Below are positions 1-9,876 of a stretch of 64,000 bases of DNA, in pieces; position 1 is the stretch's first letter, and every line of letters starts with the position of its first letter. The position numbers and the translations under genes were made by a program. The DNA comes from Pirellulales bacterium (lineage in GTDB: Bacteria; Planctomycetota; Planctomycetia; Pirellulales; PALSA-1355): NCBI GenBank assembly GCA_963733035.1, contig CAVTBU010000005.1, positions 2,880,001 to 2,944,000 of the forward strand, given 5' to 3'. Under the pieces are notes generated by a model, which was not told where the DNA came from, did no database searches, and worked only from the letters and a program-made list of their open reading frames with translations.

Positions 1-407
1 ACATCGAGCGCAGCAAGTATGCCGATCAGGTCGAGCACTTTCTGACGTTATTTGAGCGCGACCAGATGCATTTCCTGGTGTTCATGCACTTGATTTCCCA
101 GCCGCTGGAGGAACTGAACAAGGTTCTCCGTTTTCTCGGATTGGACGAATTCGAGGCCGAGCCGCCGCCAATGGCTTCGAACACGACCACCTTGCCGGCC
201 AGTCCGTTATCGATGTGGGTCACGAAAAAAGTTTTCGGCAGCGAAAGCAAGCCTTACCGCTTGATGCGGCGCATCAATTACTTGTATCCGCGTCCGAAAC
301 CGAAGTTTCCACCTGAGCTGAAAGAGAAACTGGCACGGGAATTTGACGCTTCCAACGCGCGTTTGGCCGAGTTGACGGGGTTGGACTTGAGTATTTGGAA
401 GAGTTAG
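1..407 (+). CDS. Sulfotransferase-family protein, C-terminal part (5' truncated by window edge)
   Basis: Frame is open from position 3: IERSKYADQVEHFLTLFERDQMHFLVF...LNKVLRFLGLD...LKEKLAREFDASNARLAELTGLDLSIW, a typical Sulfotransfer_1/3 C-terminal pattern. Confidence 0.7.
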   Translation, partial: IERSKYADQVEHFLTLFERDQMHFLVFMHLISQPLEELNKVLRFLGLDEFEAEPPPMASNTTTLPASPLSMWVTKKVFGSESKPYRLMRRINYLYPRPKPKFPPELKEKLAREFDASNARLAELTGLDLSIWKS

Positions 408-421
408 CAAAAGGGCCGATC

Positions 422-832
422 ATGAACGAGCAACCCCCGTTACGAATTGTTCTCGCCAAGGTTGGCCTGGACGGACACGACCGCGGGGTCAAGGTGGTGA
501 CGCGCGCCTTGCGCGATGCTGGTTTCCACGTGATTTATCCGGGACTCTGGCAATCGCCGGAGGCGGTGGTGCGCACCGTGGCGGACGAAGACGCCGACTG
601 GCTTGGCATTAGCCTGCTCAGCGGCACGCACATGACGCTGGTGCCGAGAATCATCGAGTTGCTGAAAGCCGAAGGCCTGGACCATGTTGGTGTATTGGTG
701 GGTGGAATCATTCCCGAGGCCGATATTCCGAAGCTCCGCGAGATCGGCGTGGCCCGGGTGTTTGGGCCCGGCACGGCGATGAACGAGATTATCGCATTCT
801 TGCGCGACGAGGGGAGCCGGACGCATGCTTAG
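422..832 (+). CDS. Cobalamin B12-binding domain protein (methylmalonyl-CoA mutase C-terminal/small-subunit type)
   Basis: KVGLDGHDRG (DxHxxG base-off motif), GISLLSGTH, LVGGIIP, VFGPGT; next to a MeaB homologue. Confidence 0.92.
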   Translation: MNEQPPLRIVLAKVGLDGHDRGVKVVTRALRDAGFHVIYPGLWQSPEAVVRTVADEDADWLGISLLSGTHMTLVPRIIELLKAEGLDHVGVLVGGIIPEADIPKLREIGVARVFGPGTAMNEIIAFLRDEGSRTHA

Positions 833-1720
833 CGATCTGTTGGCGCGTCTGGAGAATAAGGATCGACTGGCCCTGGCTCGGTTGCTTACCCTGGTTTCGC
901 GGAACGAACAACTCGAGGAAATCCGCGCGGCGGTTGGGCCGCGGTCGACCGGGACGCCCGTGGTGGCGATTACCGGCAACGCCGGCGTCGGCAAGAGCTC
1001 GCTGGTCGGCAAGCTGGCTGAACATTTGCGCCAGCAGGAGCAGTCGGTGGCCATTTTGGCCTGCGACCCGCAGAGTCCGCTGACAGGTGGAGCACTGTTG
1101 GGAGACCGGATTCGCATGCCCAACCGGCCGGATGACGCCGGCTTGTACATTCGCAGCCTGGCGGCGGCGAGCGGACATCAGGCCGTGGCCGAGCACGTGG
1201 AGCTAATGATTCGCCTGCTGGCCAGGTTTGGCTTCGACGTGATCCTGCTCGAAACGGTCGGCGCCGGGCAGGGAGACACGGCCGTCCGCGACCTGGCCGA
1301 CGTCGTGGTGTTGCTCGTGCAGCCCGAGAGCGGCGACGAACTACAGTGGGAAAAGGCCGGGTTGTTGGAAGTGGCCGACGTGGTCGTGGTGCATAAGGCG
1401 GATCTGGCCGGGGCCGAGAAGACCGAGGGCCAGGTGAAGGAGCTGCTCAGTCTGCCTGGCTGCCGCGATATCGCGGTGCTGCGCGTCAGTTCGCGCACGG
1501 GGCAAGGCATCGATAAGCTCTGGGAAGCCGTTGTTCGAGCGCCGCGGCGCGGCGCCCCAAACGAAGACGCGCCGAGCTGCTCCGCCGCGCGCAACAAGTC
1601 CTGGCCGAGCGGTTCCACAGTCGAGCCCAAAGCGTGGAAACCGTGATCGACCGCTGGAAGCGTCACGAACTCGACGAAACGCAAGCGGCCGACGAGTTGC
1701 TGCACTTGCTGGCTCGCTAG
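825..1720 (+). CDS. meaB: Methylmalonyl-CoA mutase-associated GTPase MeaB/ArgK; 1-nt indel near 1570
   Basis: GNAGVGKSS P-loop, DPQSPLTGGALLGDRIRM, LETVGAGQ, HKAD; after the indel another frame gives AELLRRAQQVLAERF...LLHLLAR* ending at TAG 1718-1720. Confidence 0.88.
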
Positions 1721-1731
1721 CAGCCGCGCAC

Positions 1732-2088
1732 CTACAGCGGATGGCTGCGGGCGCAATCGATGCACCAGGCCGTGTACGGGACGGCCTTCAATCGCGCCCG
1801 AGCGATTTCGCGATCGCAGTCCTCGCAGGTTCCATAGGTTCCCGCCTCGATTCGCTCGAGCGCCGCTTCTACCTGCTCGAGGAGTTGCTCTTCGTTTTGA
1901 GCGAGGACGAGTTGCTCGTCGAGTCCTTCGACATCCTGATCGCCGGGGTGCATCCGCGAAGCGCTATGCCCACCTGCCGACATGATATCTTCGCGGAGCG
2001 CTTCCTCGGTGGAAGTGACGTCGCTAATAAGTCGTTTGCGGAGGGCCAGCAGCCGGGGCTTCTGCTCGCGTTGGTCGTTGAGTTCCAC
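1732..2088 (-). CDS. TraR/DksA family C4-type zinc-finger protein
   Basis: ALERIEAGTYGTCEDCDREIARARLKAVPYTAWCIDCA; AAGGAG RBS before GTG at 2088. Confidence 0.9.
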   Translation of the reverse strand: MELNDQREQKPRLLALRKRLISDVTSTEEALREDIMSAGGHSASRMHPGDQDVEGLDEQLVLAQNEEQLLEQVEAALERIEAGTYGTCEDCDREIARARLKAVPYTAWCIDCARSHPL

Positions 2089-2205
2089 TTGCGTCTCCTT
2101 GGTTTGGCGGATGCTTCGTGACAACCGAGGGTACGACTAACGCGATCCTGCCGGCGCGTTGGTGTAAACATCTTCTTCTTCGACTAGCTTGGCATTGACC
2201 GGGAT

Positions 2206-2221
2206 GGCTATTCTCTTGCCA
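2206..2221 (-). promoter_or_regulatory. Putative sigma-54 (-24/-12) promoter of the TraR/DksA gene
   Basis: Minus strand reads TGGCAAGAGAATAGCC (GG-N10-GC), about 120 bp upstream of the start. Confidence 0.55.
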
Positions 2222-2364
2222 GCCAAGTTGTCGTTCATTTTAGCACCTTCGTTGCGATTCCGCCTTGTTGCGCGAGTTGCGGGCGAACCTTTGACTTTTG
2301 CATCCGGATAGCAAAAAATGCGCCAGACCGAACGTCGCTGACACTGGCAAGGTTGGCGGGCTCA

Positions 2365-2380
2365 CGGCATGTGCTTTGCA
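2365..2380 (+). promoter_or_regulatory. Putative sigma-54 promoter of hsp20-lon
   Basis: CGGCATGTGCTTTGCA, near-consensus YGGCAY-N5-TTGCW, about 80 bp upstream of the ATG. Confidence 0.72.
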
Positions 2381-2459
2381 CCCCGAGGGACTTGGGGTGG
2401 CAGCGAGGCGGATCTCCTTTGTCCCTACCGGTTCCACGGCGTCTGACCCACTGAGCCAC

Positions 2460-2828
2460 ATGGATTCTCACTCGCGGCACTTTGGCGAACTGTTTGTGGC
2501 GGCGGCCGGCTCGTTTGGTCGGCCGTTTTGGCGTCCGGCGGTCGACGCCTATCAAACGGTGCACGGGTGGCTGCTCAAGTATGAGCTGGCCGGCGTGGCG
2601 CCCCAGGACGTCGAGGTGTTGTTGGCAGGGCGGACGGTCACCGTGCGCGGCATGCGCCGCGACTTGCGAGTCGAAGGGAACCAGCAGTCGTATTGCATGG
2701 AGATTTCCTACAACCGCTTTGAGCGATCGTTGGATCTTCCCTGCGAGGTCAACACGATGGACGTCGCCACGCGTTTTCAAGATGGAATGCTCTTCGTGCA
2801 GCTTACGTGCAAGGAGAATCCCCGGTGA
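2460..2828 (+). CDS. Hsp20/alpha-crystallin family small heat-shock protein
   Basis: WRPAVDAYQT...YELAGVAPQDVEV...VTVRGMRRD...MEISYNRFERSLDLP...ATRFQDGMLFVQL; stop overlaps the lon GTG (GTGA). Confidence 0.9.
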   Translation: MDSHSRHFGELFVAAAGSFGRPFWRPAVDAYQTVHGWLLKYELAGVAPQDVEVLLAGRTVTVRGMRRDLRVEGNQQSYCMEISYNRFERSLDLPCEVNTMDVATRFQDGMLFVQLTCKENPR

Positions 2829-5238
2829 ATGCCCCCGAACAAACTCGCACGCTCCCGGTGCTACCGATCAAGAACACGGTGCTCTATCCGTATCTGCTGA
2901 TGCCGTTGTCGGTGGGGCGAGAGCGTTCCATCGCCGCGGTGGAAGCCGCCTCGGCGAGCGAGGATAAGACGATCCTGATCGTGGCCCAACGAGACGGACG
3001 TGTCGAGGAACCCACGTTCGAACAGCTCTATACGGTGGGGACCGAGGCCGTTATCAAGCGGCTGGAGCGGACGACGGGCACGATCCAAATGATCGTGCAG
3101 GGAACGCGGCGGATGGAAATCGTCGAGCCAACCGTGGGCTCTCCGTACTTGCAGGCCAACGCCCGAGAACTGGCCGAGCCAGACGACAAGGGAGACGAGA
3201 TCGACGCGCTGGAGCGCAACATTGTCGATCAGGCCGGGCAAATTCAGGCGATGGCCGGCGCCGAGGCCCAGCTCAGCATCGCGCAAATCTTGTCGCAGTT
3301 CAAAGACCCCCTGCACAAAGCCTATATGTTGGCGTCGATGCTGAGCCTGGAACTGGAAAAGGAACAGCAGCTGCTCGAGGCGAACTCGCGGCTGGCCGCG
3401 CTGCGGCTCATGCATGAATTCCTCGCGCACGAAATGCAGATTACCGAGCTGCGACAAAAGATCGCCAGCCAGGCCCAATCGGAAATGAGCCGCGAACAGC
3501 GCGAGTATCATCTGCGGCAACAACTACGGGCGATCCAGGAGGAGTTGGGAGAAGGGGGCGGCGAGCAGGGGGAGGTCGATGAACTTCGCAGCCGGCTGAC
3601 CGAGACCGAACTGCCCGACGACGTGCGCAAGGAGGCCGAGCGCGAGTTGGGACGCCTCGAACGCTTGCCCACCGCGGCGCCCGACTATCAGATTACGCGT
3701 TCCTACCTCGAGCTGATTCTGGAACTCCCCTGGACCAAGACGACCGAGGACAATCTTGACCTTGCCCGGGCACGGCAAGTTCTGGACGAGGATCACTATG
3801 ACCTCAAGGAGATCAAGGAGCGGATCGTCGAGCAGTTGGCCGTGCTGAAACTCAACCCGGGCGCCAAGGCTCCGATCCTCTGTTTCGTGGGGCCGCCGGG
3901 CGTCGGCAAGACGTCGCTCGGTCAATCGATTGCCCGGGCGCTGGGACGCAAGTTTGAGCGGATGAGCCTGGGCGGCATGCACGACGAGTCGGAATTGCGC
4001 GGGCATCGCCGCACGTATATTGGGGCCATGCCCGGGCGGATTTTGCAGGCGATTCGCCGCGCCGGGGTGCGCAATCCATTGCTGATGCTCGACGAGGTCG
4101 ACAAGCTGGGACGCGACTATCGCGGCGATCCCTCAGCGGCGCTGTTGGAAATTCTCGATCCGGCGCAGAACTTTGAGTTTCGCGACAACTACTTGAATCT
4201 GCCGTTCGACCTGTCGCGGACGTTCTTCATCGCCACGGCCAACACGCTTGATACCATTCCGCGGCCACTGCTGGACCGCATGGAAATCCTGCGGCTCACC
4301 GGTTACAGCGAGGAAGAGAAGGTGCAAATCGCTCGCCGCTACCTGATTGCCCGGCAGCTCAAGCAAACCGGGCTCACGGACGAGCAAATTCAGTTTCCGG
4401 ACGAAACCCTGCGCGAAGTGATCACGCATTACACGCGCGAAGCAGGCGTGCGGCAGCTTGAGCGATTGATCGGCCAGTTGGCCCGCAAAGTGGCTGTTGG
4501 TTTTGCCGAGGAGAAGGGGCAGGCGACAACGATTCGTCCCGAGGATCTGGGCGACATGCTTGGTCCCGAGCGGTTCTTTCTCGAACGCGTTAGAGAAACG
4601 TTGCCCGCCGGCGTGTCCACCGGGCTGGCCTGGACCGAGACCGGCGGCGAGGTACTTTACATCGAGGCGCTCAACTTGCCCGGCGGACACGATCTGATGC
4701 TCACCGGTCAACTGGGTGAAGTGATGCGCGAGAGCGCCGAGCGGCGCAGAGCTACATCTGGTCGCAGGCGGCGGCGCTGGGTATCAGCGAGGAAGCGCTC
4801 AAGTCGTCCGGCGTACACATTCACGTGCCGGCCGGCGCGATTCCCAAGGACGGCCCGTCGGCCGGAGTGGCGATGGCCGCGGCCTTGGCCTCCATGTACA
4901 GCGGAGAACCAACCCGCGGCGACACGGCCATGACCGGCGAAATCACACTCACGGGCCTGGTGCTTCCGGTCGGCGGCATCAAGGAAAAGGTGCTAGCCGC
5001 CCGGCGTGCCGGCATCCAGACGGTCATTCTGCCCGAGCAAAACGCCAAGGACTTACCCGAGCTGCCGGACGAAGTGCGCAAGGAGATGAAGTTCGTGCTG
5101 GCCAAGCGGATCGAGGACGCGCTAAGCGTGGCAATTCCGGCGCTCGCCGAGCGGCTGAGCGGCCGAGCATCGATTCGGTATGCCGATGTGCCCCAAGGAA
5201 ATGGGAAGCAAGCGGGCAGAGAACAGAAGGTGAAGTGA
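2825..5238 (+). CDS. lon: ATP-dependent Lon protease (endopeptidase La); 1-nt indel near 4737
   Basis: LON N-domain [22 protein letters not shown] Walker A, MLDEVDK Walker [14 protein letters not shown]; second frame has PKDGPSAG (catalytic Ser) and VGGIKEK (Lys). Confidence 0.95.
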
Positions 5239-5297
5239 CCAAGCCTTGCGGGCCGCAATGAAATTCAACCAGCCAGCGGTGAGTCGGCGAGAGTGAA

Positions 5298-6257
5298 ATG
5301 ATGAGGCGAGTGCTCCCCTCTTTTCGATTGCGAACTCTGCTCGCCGTAACGGCAATTCTCTGCGTAGTGCTAGCCATGGTTGTTCGACGTTGGCAACAAG
5401 TTAACCGTGACGTGGCCATTGCCCAAACTCTTGAGGCACACGCCAAGAGCGAAGGGCGCATCGCGTCAACGACGCAATTTTCTGGAGCCATCCACAATGG
5501 CTGGTATGTGTGGAAGGATATCGGAGACGGACGCACTACGTATCCGCCGCGAGCGACATTTCTCGAGGCCGCGTGCTTTTGGCTGCCGCTGGGAGAGTTT
5601 CATGTTGCAACTTCATCTTTGACTCGTGTCACGGATGATGACATCCGACTTTGCAACGAGTTTGGTCGAGTTGTTTCATTGTCGATTGGCAACCGATTGA
5701 TCTCTAATGAACAGTTTCAACTTTTCACAGCCACCGACAACGTGACCTATCTGGATCTCGCACGGAACGCACTTACCGACGAAACCGCGATCCGCATTGG
5801 AACCTTCGAGAAGCTTGAGTGTCTCCGCCTAAGCGACACTGGAATTGGGGACGCTGGAGTTTGCGCCATCGCCAACCTGACGAAGCTGCGATTTCTTGAG
5901 TTGGCATTGAATCCAATCAATGACGAAGGGGCGCGTTGCCTAGGGCGGCTCACGGCCCTCCGGTATCTTGATCTCGATCACACGTGGCTGACCGACGCGT
6001 CGGCCGCGGAACTCGGCAAGTTGGGAAACCTTGTTGAGCTTCGGCTAAACGGAACGGATATCTCGGATGCTGGACTAAGACAGTTCGCGGGTTTGAAGAA
6101 TCTCAAAAGGATTACTCTTAGCAACACGCGTATTACGAATGACGCGATTGCAATTCTCGAAAAGCTGCCAGGTTTGAGGGAGGTGAACGTGGATTCTGGG
6201 GATGTCGATCACGCTCAAGCGGCTGCACTAGAGCAAAGGCTATCCAAGCGTCCTTAA
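5298..6257 (+). CDS. Leucine-rich repeat protein with an N-terminal membrane anchor (planctomycete type)
   Basis: N-terminal FRLRTLLAVTAILCVVLA, then 24-aa LRRs (LxxLxLxxTxIxDxG). Confidence 0.85.
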   Translation: MMRRVLPSFRLRTLLAVTAILCVVLAMVVRRWQQVNRDVAIAQTLEAHAKSEGRIASTTQFSGAIHNGWYVWKDIGDGRTTYPPRATFLEAACFWLPLGEFHVATSSLTRVTDDDIRLCNEFGRVVSLSIGNRLISNEQFQLFTATDNVTYLDLARNALTDETAIRIGTFEKLECLRLSDTGIGDAGVCAIANLTKLRFLELALNPINDEGARCLGRLTALRYLDLDHTWLTDASAAELGKLGNLVELRLNGTDISDAGLRQFAGLKNLKRITLSNTRITNDAIAILEKLPGLREVNVDSGDVDHAQAAALEQRLSKRP

Positions 6258-6276
6258 CAGTCGAGTACTGCGAACT

Positions 6277-7323
6277 CTACGGCACGGCAATTCCAAACCG
6301 AACGCACAGCTTTGCCAATAAGTCCCAAGTCCCTTCCTCCACGAAGATTCCTTCACGCAGGCGGGCGGCTCGGCGTTCGAGTTCGATCTCGCCTGGAACG
6401 TAGACTTTCTCGACGCCTTCGATGGTTGGCGAGCTGTGGATGTAGTCGGCTAGCGCGGCTACCTCGTGGCGGAAATCGGCTAGCGGCCGGAAGCGCTCGA
6501 CGTCGACGGCGACCAGGAAAAAGCCATCGCCCGGGTATTGCCGATCGGGCTGGCAGCCGCCGGCTCCGCTAAGGATGCCGGCCAGGATGTCGATCATCAG
6601 GCTCAGCCCGAATCCTTTGTACGCCACGATGCCGCCGATGGGGACCAGGGCGCCGGGCGGGTCGGCATACAGTTGTCCCGCATCGTTGGTCGTTTGTCCT
6701 TTGGCGTCCATCAGCCAGCCGGTTGGGACAGGCTTACCGGCTTGAAACGCGGCGCGCACTTTACCCTCGGGCGCGACGGTCGTTGCCATGTCGAGCACGA
6801 TCGGGTGCTCGCCGCCGGAGGGCACGGCGATAGAAATGGGGTTCGTGGAGAGTCGTCGGCCAAGTCCTCCAAACGGCGGGACGACCTGAGCTCCGCCGCC
6901 GGAATTGACCACCGCGATGCCGACGAATCCGGCTTTTGCGCACATTTCGGTGTACGTCGCGATGCGTCCGGTGTGATGGCAGTGGCAGGCAGTGACCGCA
7001 CCGACGCCGGTGGCCTTGGCGATTTCCATGGCCAGGAGCGTTGCCTGCCGGCCAATGACCTGGCCAAAGCCGCCGCCACCGTCGACGACCGCTCCGGCCG
7101 CGAAGCGGTTGACCACGGTCATCTCGGCCGCCGGGACGATCAAGCCGCTTTGAATGCCATCGACGTATTGCAGCACGCGGAGCACGCCGTGCGAGTCGTG
7201 TCCGGCGAGATTGGCGTTGATCAGGTGCTCGGCGACGATGTGCGCAAGTTCGGCCGGTGCGCCGGCCGAGGCGAGTAAGTTAGTGGCGAGACGTTGAAGA
7301 TCCGGAGCGTCAAACGTGGGCAT
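6277..7323 (-). CDS. Ldh_2 family (type 2 malate/L-lactate dehydrogenase-like) oxidoreductase
   Basis: ANLAGHDSHG, HHTGRI, LSTNPI, LDMATT, YKGFGL, VYVPGE motifs. Confidence 0.9.
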   Translation of the reverse strand: MPTFDAPDLQRLATNLLASAGAPAELAHIVAEHLINANLAGHDSHGVLRVLQYVDGIQSGLIVPAAEMTVVNRFAAGAVVDGGGGFGQVIGRQATLLAMEIAKATGVGAVTACHCHHTGRIATYTEMCAKAGFVGIAVVNSGGGAQVVPPFGGLGRRLSTNPISIAVPSGGEHPIVLDMATTVAPEGKVRAAFQAGKPVPTGWLMDAKGQTTNDAGQLYADPPGALVPIGGIVAYKGFGLSLMIDILAGILSGAGGCQPDRQYPGDGFFLVAVDVERFRPLADFRHEVAALADYIHSSPTIEGVEKVYVPGEIELERRAARLREGIFVEEGTWDLLAKLCVRFGIAVP

Positions 7324-7505
7324 GGGGACATCTGCATGTGGATCGACGAACTTCGTAAAGTTCGCGGGGTGATTTCCTGCGTCAGTCTAGCTGGATCGCG
7401 CGGCCGGTGAAAGTTGACACTGAACAACGGCAGGGTCATGATTCAGTTTCGTTGTTCGCTCGGTCCCGGCATTTCTTTGGCTCGCGATTGGCCCAGGCGG
7501 AGTTC

Positions 7506-8496
7506 ATGCGTCGAGGAATTTCACTGTTATTGTTGGTCGGGCTGCTGATGGCCGGGTGTGGCGCGGCCAACTCGGCGTCGAACGGCGGCGCGAAGCGCGA
7601 CAAGCCGCTTATCGCGGTCATTCCGAAGGCGGTTTCGCACGAGTTCTGGAAGTCGGTGCATGCCGGCGCGGTTCACGGTGCCGAGGCGGCCGACGTCGAC
7701 ATCATTTGGAAGGGTCCCATCACCGAGAGTGATCGCGAGGCACAGATCAATCTGGTGCAGGACTTCATCGCCCAGGGTGTCGATGGCATTTGCCTGGCGC
7801 CGCTCGATTCGCAGGCTTTGATTCCGGTGGTCCACGAGGCCAAAGTCGCCGGCGTTCCGGTGTTGATTTTCGACAGTGGACTGGACGACACGGCCGACAT
7901 CGTCAGCTTCGTGGCAACCGACAATTATCACGGCGGGCAGATCGCCGGCCGCCACTTGGGCGAGCTGCTGGGCGGCAAAGGAAAAGTGATCGTGCTGCGG
8001 CAAGTCGTCGGCAGCCAGAGCGCCGAACGTCGCGAGCAGGGATGCATCGACGCACTGACCAAGGAATTTCCCGGAATCGAAATCCTCTCGTCGGGCGAAT
8101 ATGCCGGCGACACGGCCGACAAGGCGCTCGTCAAGTCGCAGCAGCTTCTGCTGAACTTCGGCAATCAGGTCGAGGGCATCTTCACGTCCAGCCAGCATGT
8201 GGCCACGGGCATGTTGCGGGCGCTTGAGGAACAGGGACTGGCCGGCAAAGTGAAGTTCATCGGCTTTGACGCCGGTCCGGAACTCGTGGCCGCGCTGGCA
8301 ACCGGCAAGATGCACGGCATCGTCTTGCAAGATCCCGTTCGGATGGCCGAGTTGGCCGTAACCACGCTCGCCGATCGCATCCGCGGCGAACACGTCGAGC
8401 AGCCGCATTAGCACCGGTGAAACCTTGGCCACGCCGGAGAACATGCACGATCCGGCAATCAAGAAACTGCTGGAACCGGAGCTGTACGAGGAGTAG
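7506..8496 (+). CDS. Sugar ABC-type (RbsB-like) substrate-binding lipoprotein; 1-nt indel near 8404
   Basis: Lipobox LMAGC; IAVIPKAVSHEFWKSVHAGA, VATDNYHGG, IGFD, LQDPVRM; other frame continues RISTGETLATPENM...LEPELYEE*. Confidence 0.88.
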
Positions 8497-8544
8497 CCGT
8501 CGGAGGAGTTCGCCCCTCGTGCGAATCGAGTGCGGCTGTGTGGA

Positions 8545-9024
8545 TTAAGCCCGCTTCTCCAACTGCTTGCCGGTGACCATCATGTAGATCGAATCGCCGA
8601 GAGCGACTTGCTTGCCTTCGTCGTTGGTGACCACCGCGTCGGTGTGAATGATCTGGCGACCCATGCGCACGACGCGGGCATCGCAGAAGATTTTGCCGCT
8701 GGAGACGGGGCGGAGGTATTTGAGCCGCAGGTCGACCGAAACCATTCGTGCGCCATGCTCATCGCGGAGAGCGCGATGTTCGGGCGTCAGGAGTATGGAA
8801 TGCGCAATCGCCGTATCGACTAGCGAGGCGATGGCGCCGCCGTGGATGATGCCGGCCGGCTGACAAATGTCTTCGCGCCAACTCATGGAGAGCCGAGCTC
8901 GGCCGGGGTCGATTTCCAAGAGCTCCATCCCCATCAGTTGGTTGAAGGGAAAATTGCGAAAGAACGCAAACAGGGCTTGGCGATCCTTTTCCAGCGACTG
9001 GTCATCGGACGCTGACTCACTCAT
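8545..9024 (-). CDS. PaaI family (hotdog-fold) thioesterase
   Basis: PFNQLMGMEL...GIIHGGAIASLVDTA...VSVDLRLKYLRPV. Confidence 0.9.
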   Translation of the reverse strand: MSESASDDQSLEKDRQALFAFFRNFPFNQLMGMELLEIDPGRARLSMSWREDICQPAGIIHGGAIASLVDTAIAHSILLTPEHRALRDEHGARMVSVDLRLKYLRPVSSGKIFCDARVVRMGRQIIHTDAVVTNDEGKQVALGDSIYMMVTGKQLEKRA

Positions 9025-9174
9025 GGTCGTTATTTCCGTGGAAGTACTTCGATAGGGGACTGGGTCCAACTTATCAGAACGCAGGGCCGTTGGGGACCGC
9101 GGCCGCGGCGATTTGCACTCGCTCCGGGCTGCCAGGCAGGCGATAATCGGCGGCGAACTTTACAATCAATGCCG

Positions 9175-9234
9175 GCCCGAAATGCGAGCGCGGAGAGGTC
9201 ACGCGCGTTCCCCTTGCTTGCCGTTCGGGTTTGT
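9175..9234. repeat. Degenerate REP-like inverted repeat
   Basis: Arms GCCCGAAATGCGAGCGCGGA and TCCCTTGCTTGCCGTTCGGGT pair imperfectly; intergenic between divergent genes. Confidence 0.4.
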
Positions 9235-9278
9235 ATCGGGGCTAGGTCGTTGCCTTCTTGCATCAGGAGTTCCCTTCC

Positions 9279-9845
9279 ATGAAATACGGCTCGTCGCTCT
9301 TGGCTTTTGCATTGGTTGCCGCGGCAGGTATTTCCACCGCGTTTGCCGAACCCTACACCGTCGACGCCATTCACTCGACCGTGCTATTCCGAATCAAGCA
9401 CATGAACACCAGCCATGCCTGGGGTCGGTTTAACGAAATGCAAGGCACGGTCGACCTCGACGGCGCCCAGCCCACGGTGGACGTGACGTTGGTGGTCGAC
9501 AGCATTGACACGGCCAACGCCAAGCGCGACGAGCATCTCGAAGGCCCCGATTTCTTTAACGCCAAACAGTTCCCCACGATTGCGTTTAAGAGCAACAAGA
9601 TCACCAAGGTCGACGACGATCACTACGACGTCGAGGGCATGCTCACGCTGCACGGCGTCAGCAAGCCCATTGCGGTGCAACTGGAACGCACCGGTACCGC
9701 CCGTACGCCGATGACCGGCAAGATCACCGGCTATGCCACGGAGTTCAAAATCAAGCGCAGTGACTACGGCATGAAGCTGATGGTTGGTCCGATCGGCGAC
9801 GAGGTGCTGTTGATCGTGAGCCTCGAGTGTGCGGCGAAGAAATAG
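9279..9845 (+). CDS. YceI family periplasmic lipid/polyisoprenoid-binding protein
   Basis: Signal peptide; YTVDAIHSTVLFRIKH, GRFN, SIDTANAKRDEHL, DFFNAKQFPTI, LTLHGVSK, RSDYGM. Confidence 0.93.
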   Translation: MKYGSSLLAFALVAAAGISTAFAEPYTVDAIHSTVLFRIKHMNTSHAWGRFNEMQGTVDLDGAQPTVDVTLVVDSIDTANAKRDEHLEGPDFFNAKQFPTIAFKSNKITKVDDDHYDVEGMLTLHGVSKPIAVQLERTGTARTPMTGKITGYATEFKIKRSDYGMKLMVGPIGDEVLLIVSLECAAKK

Positions 9846-9876
9846 TCTCGCACGACGCGGGAGAGGAACCAGCGTA

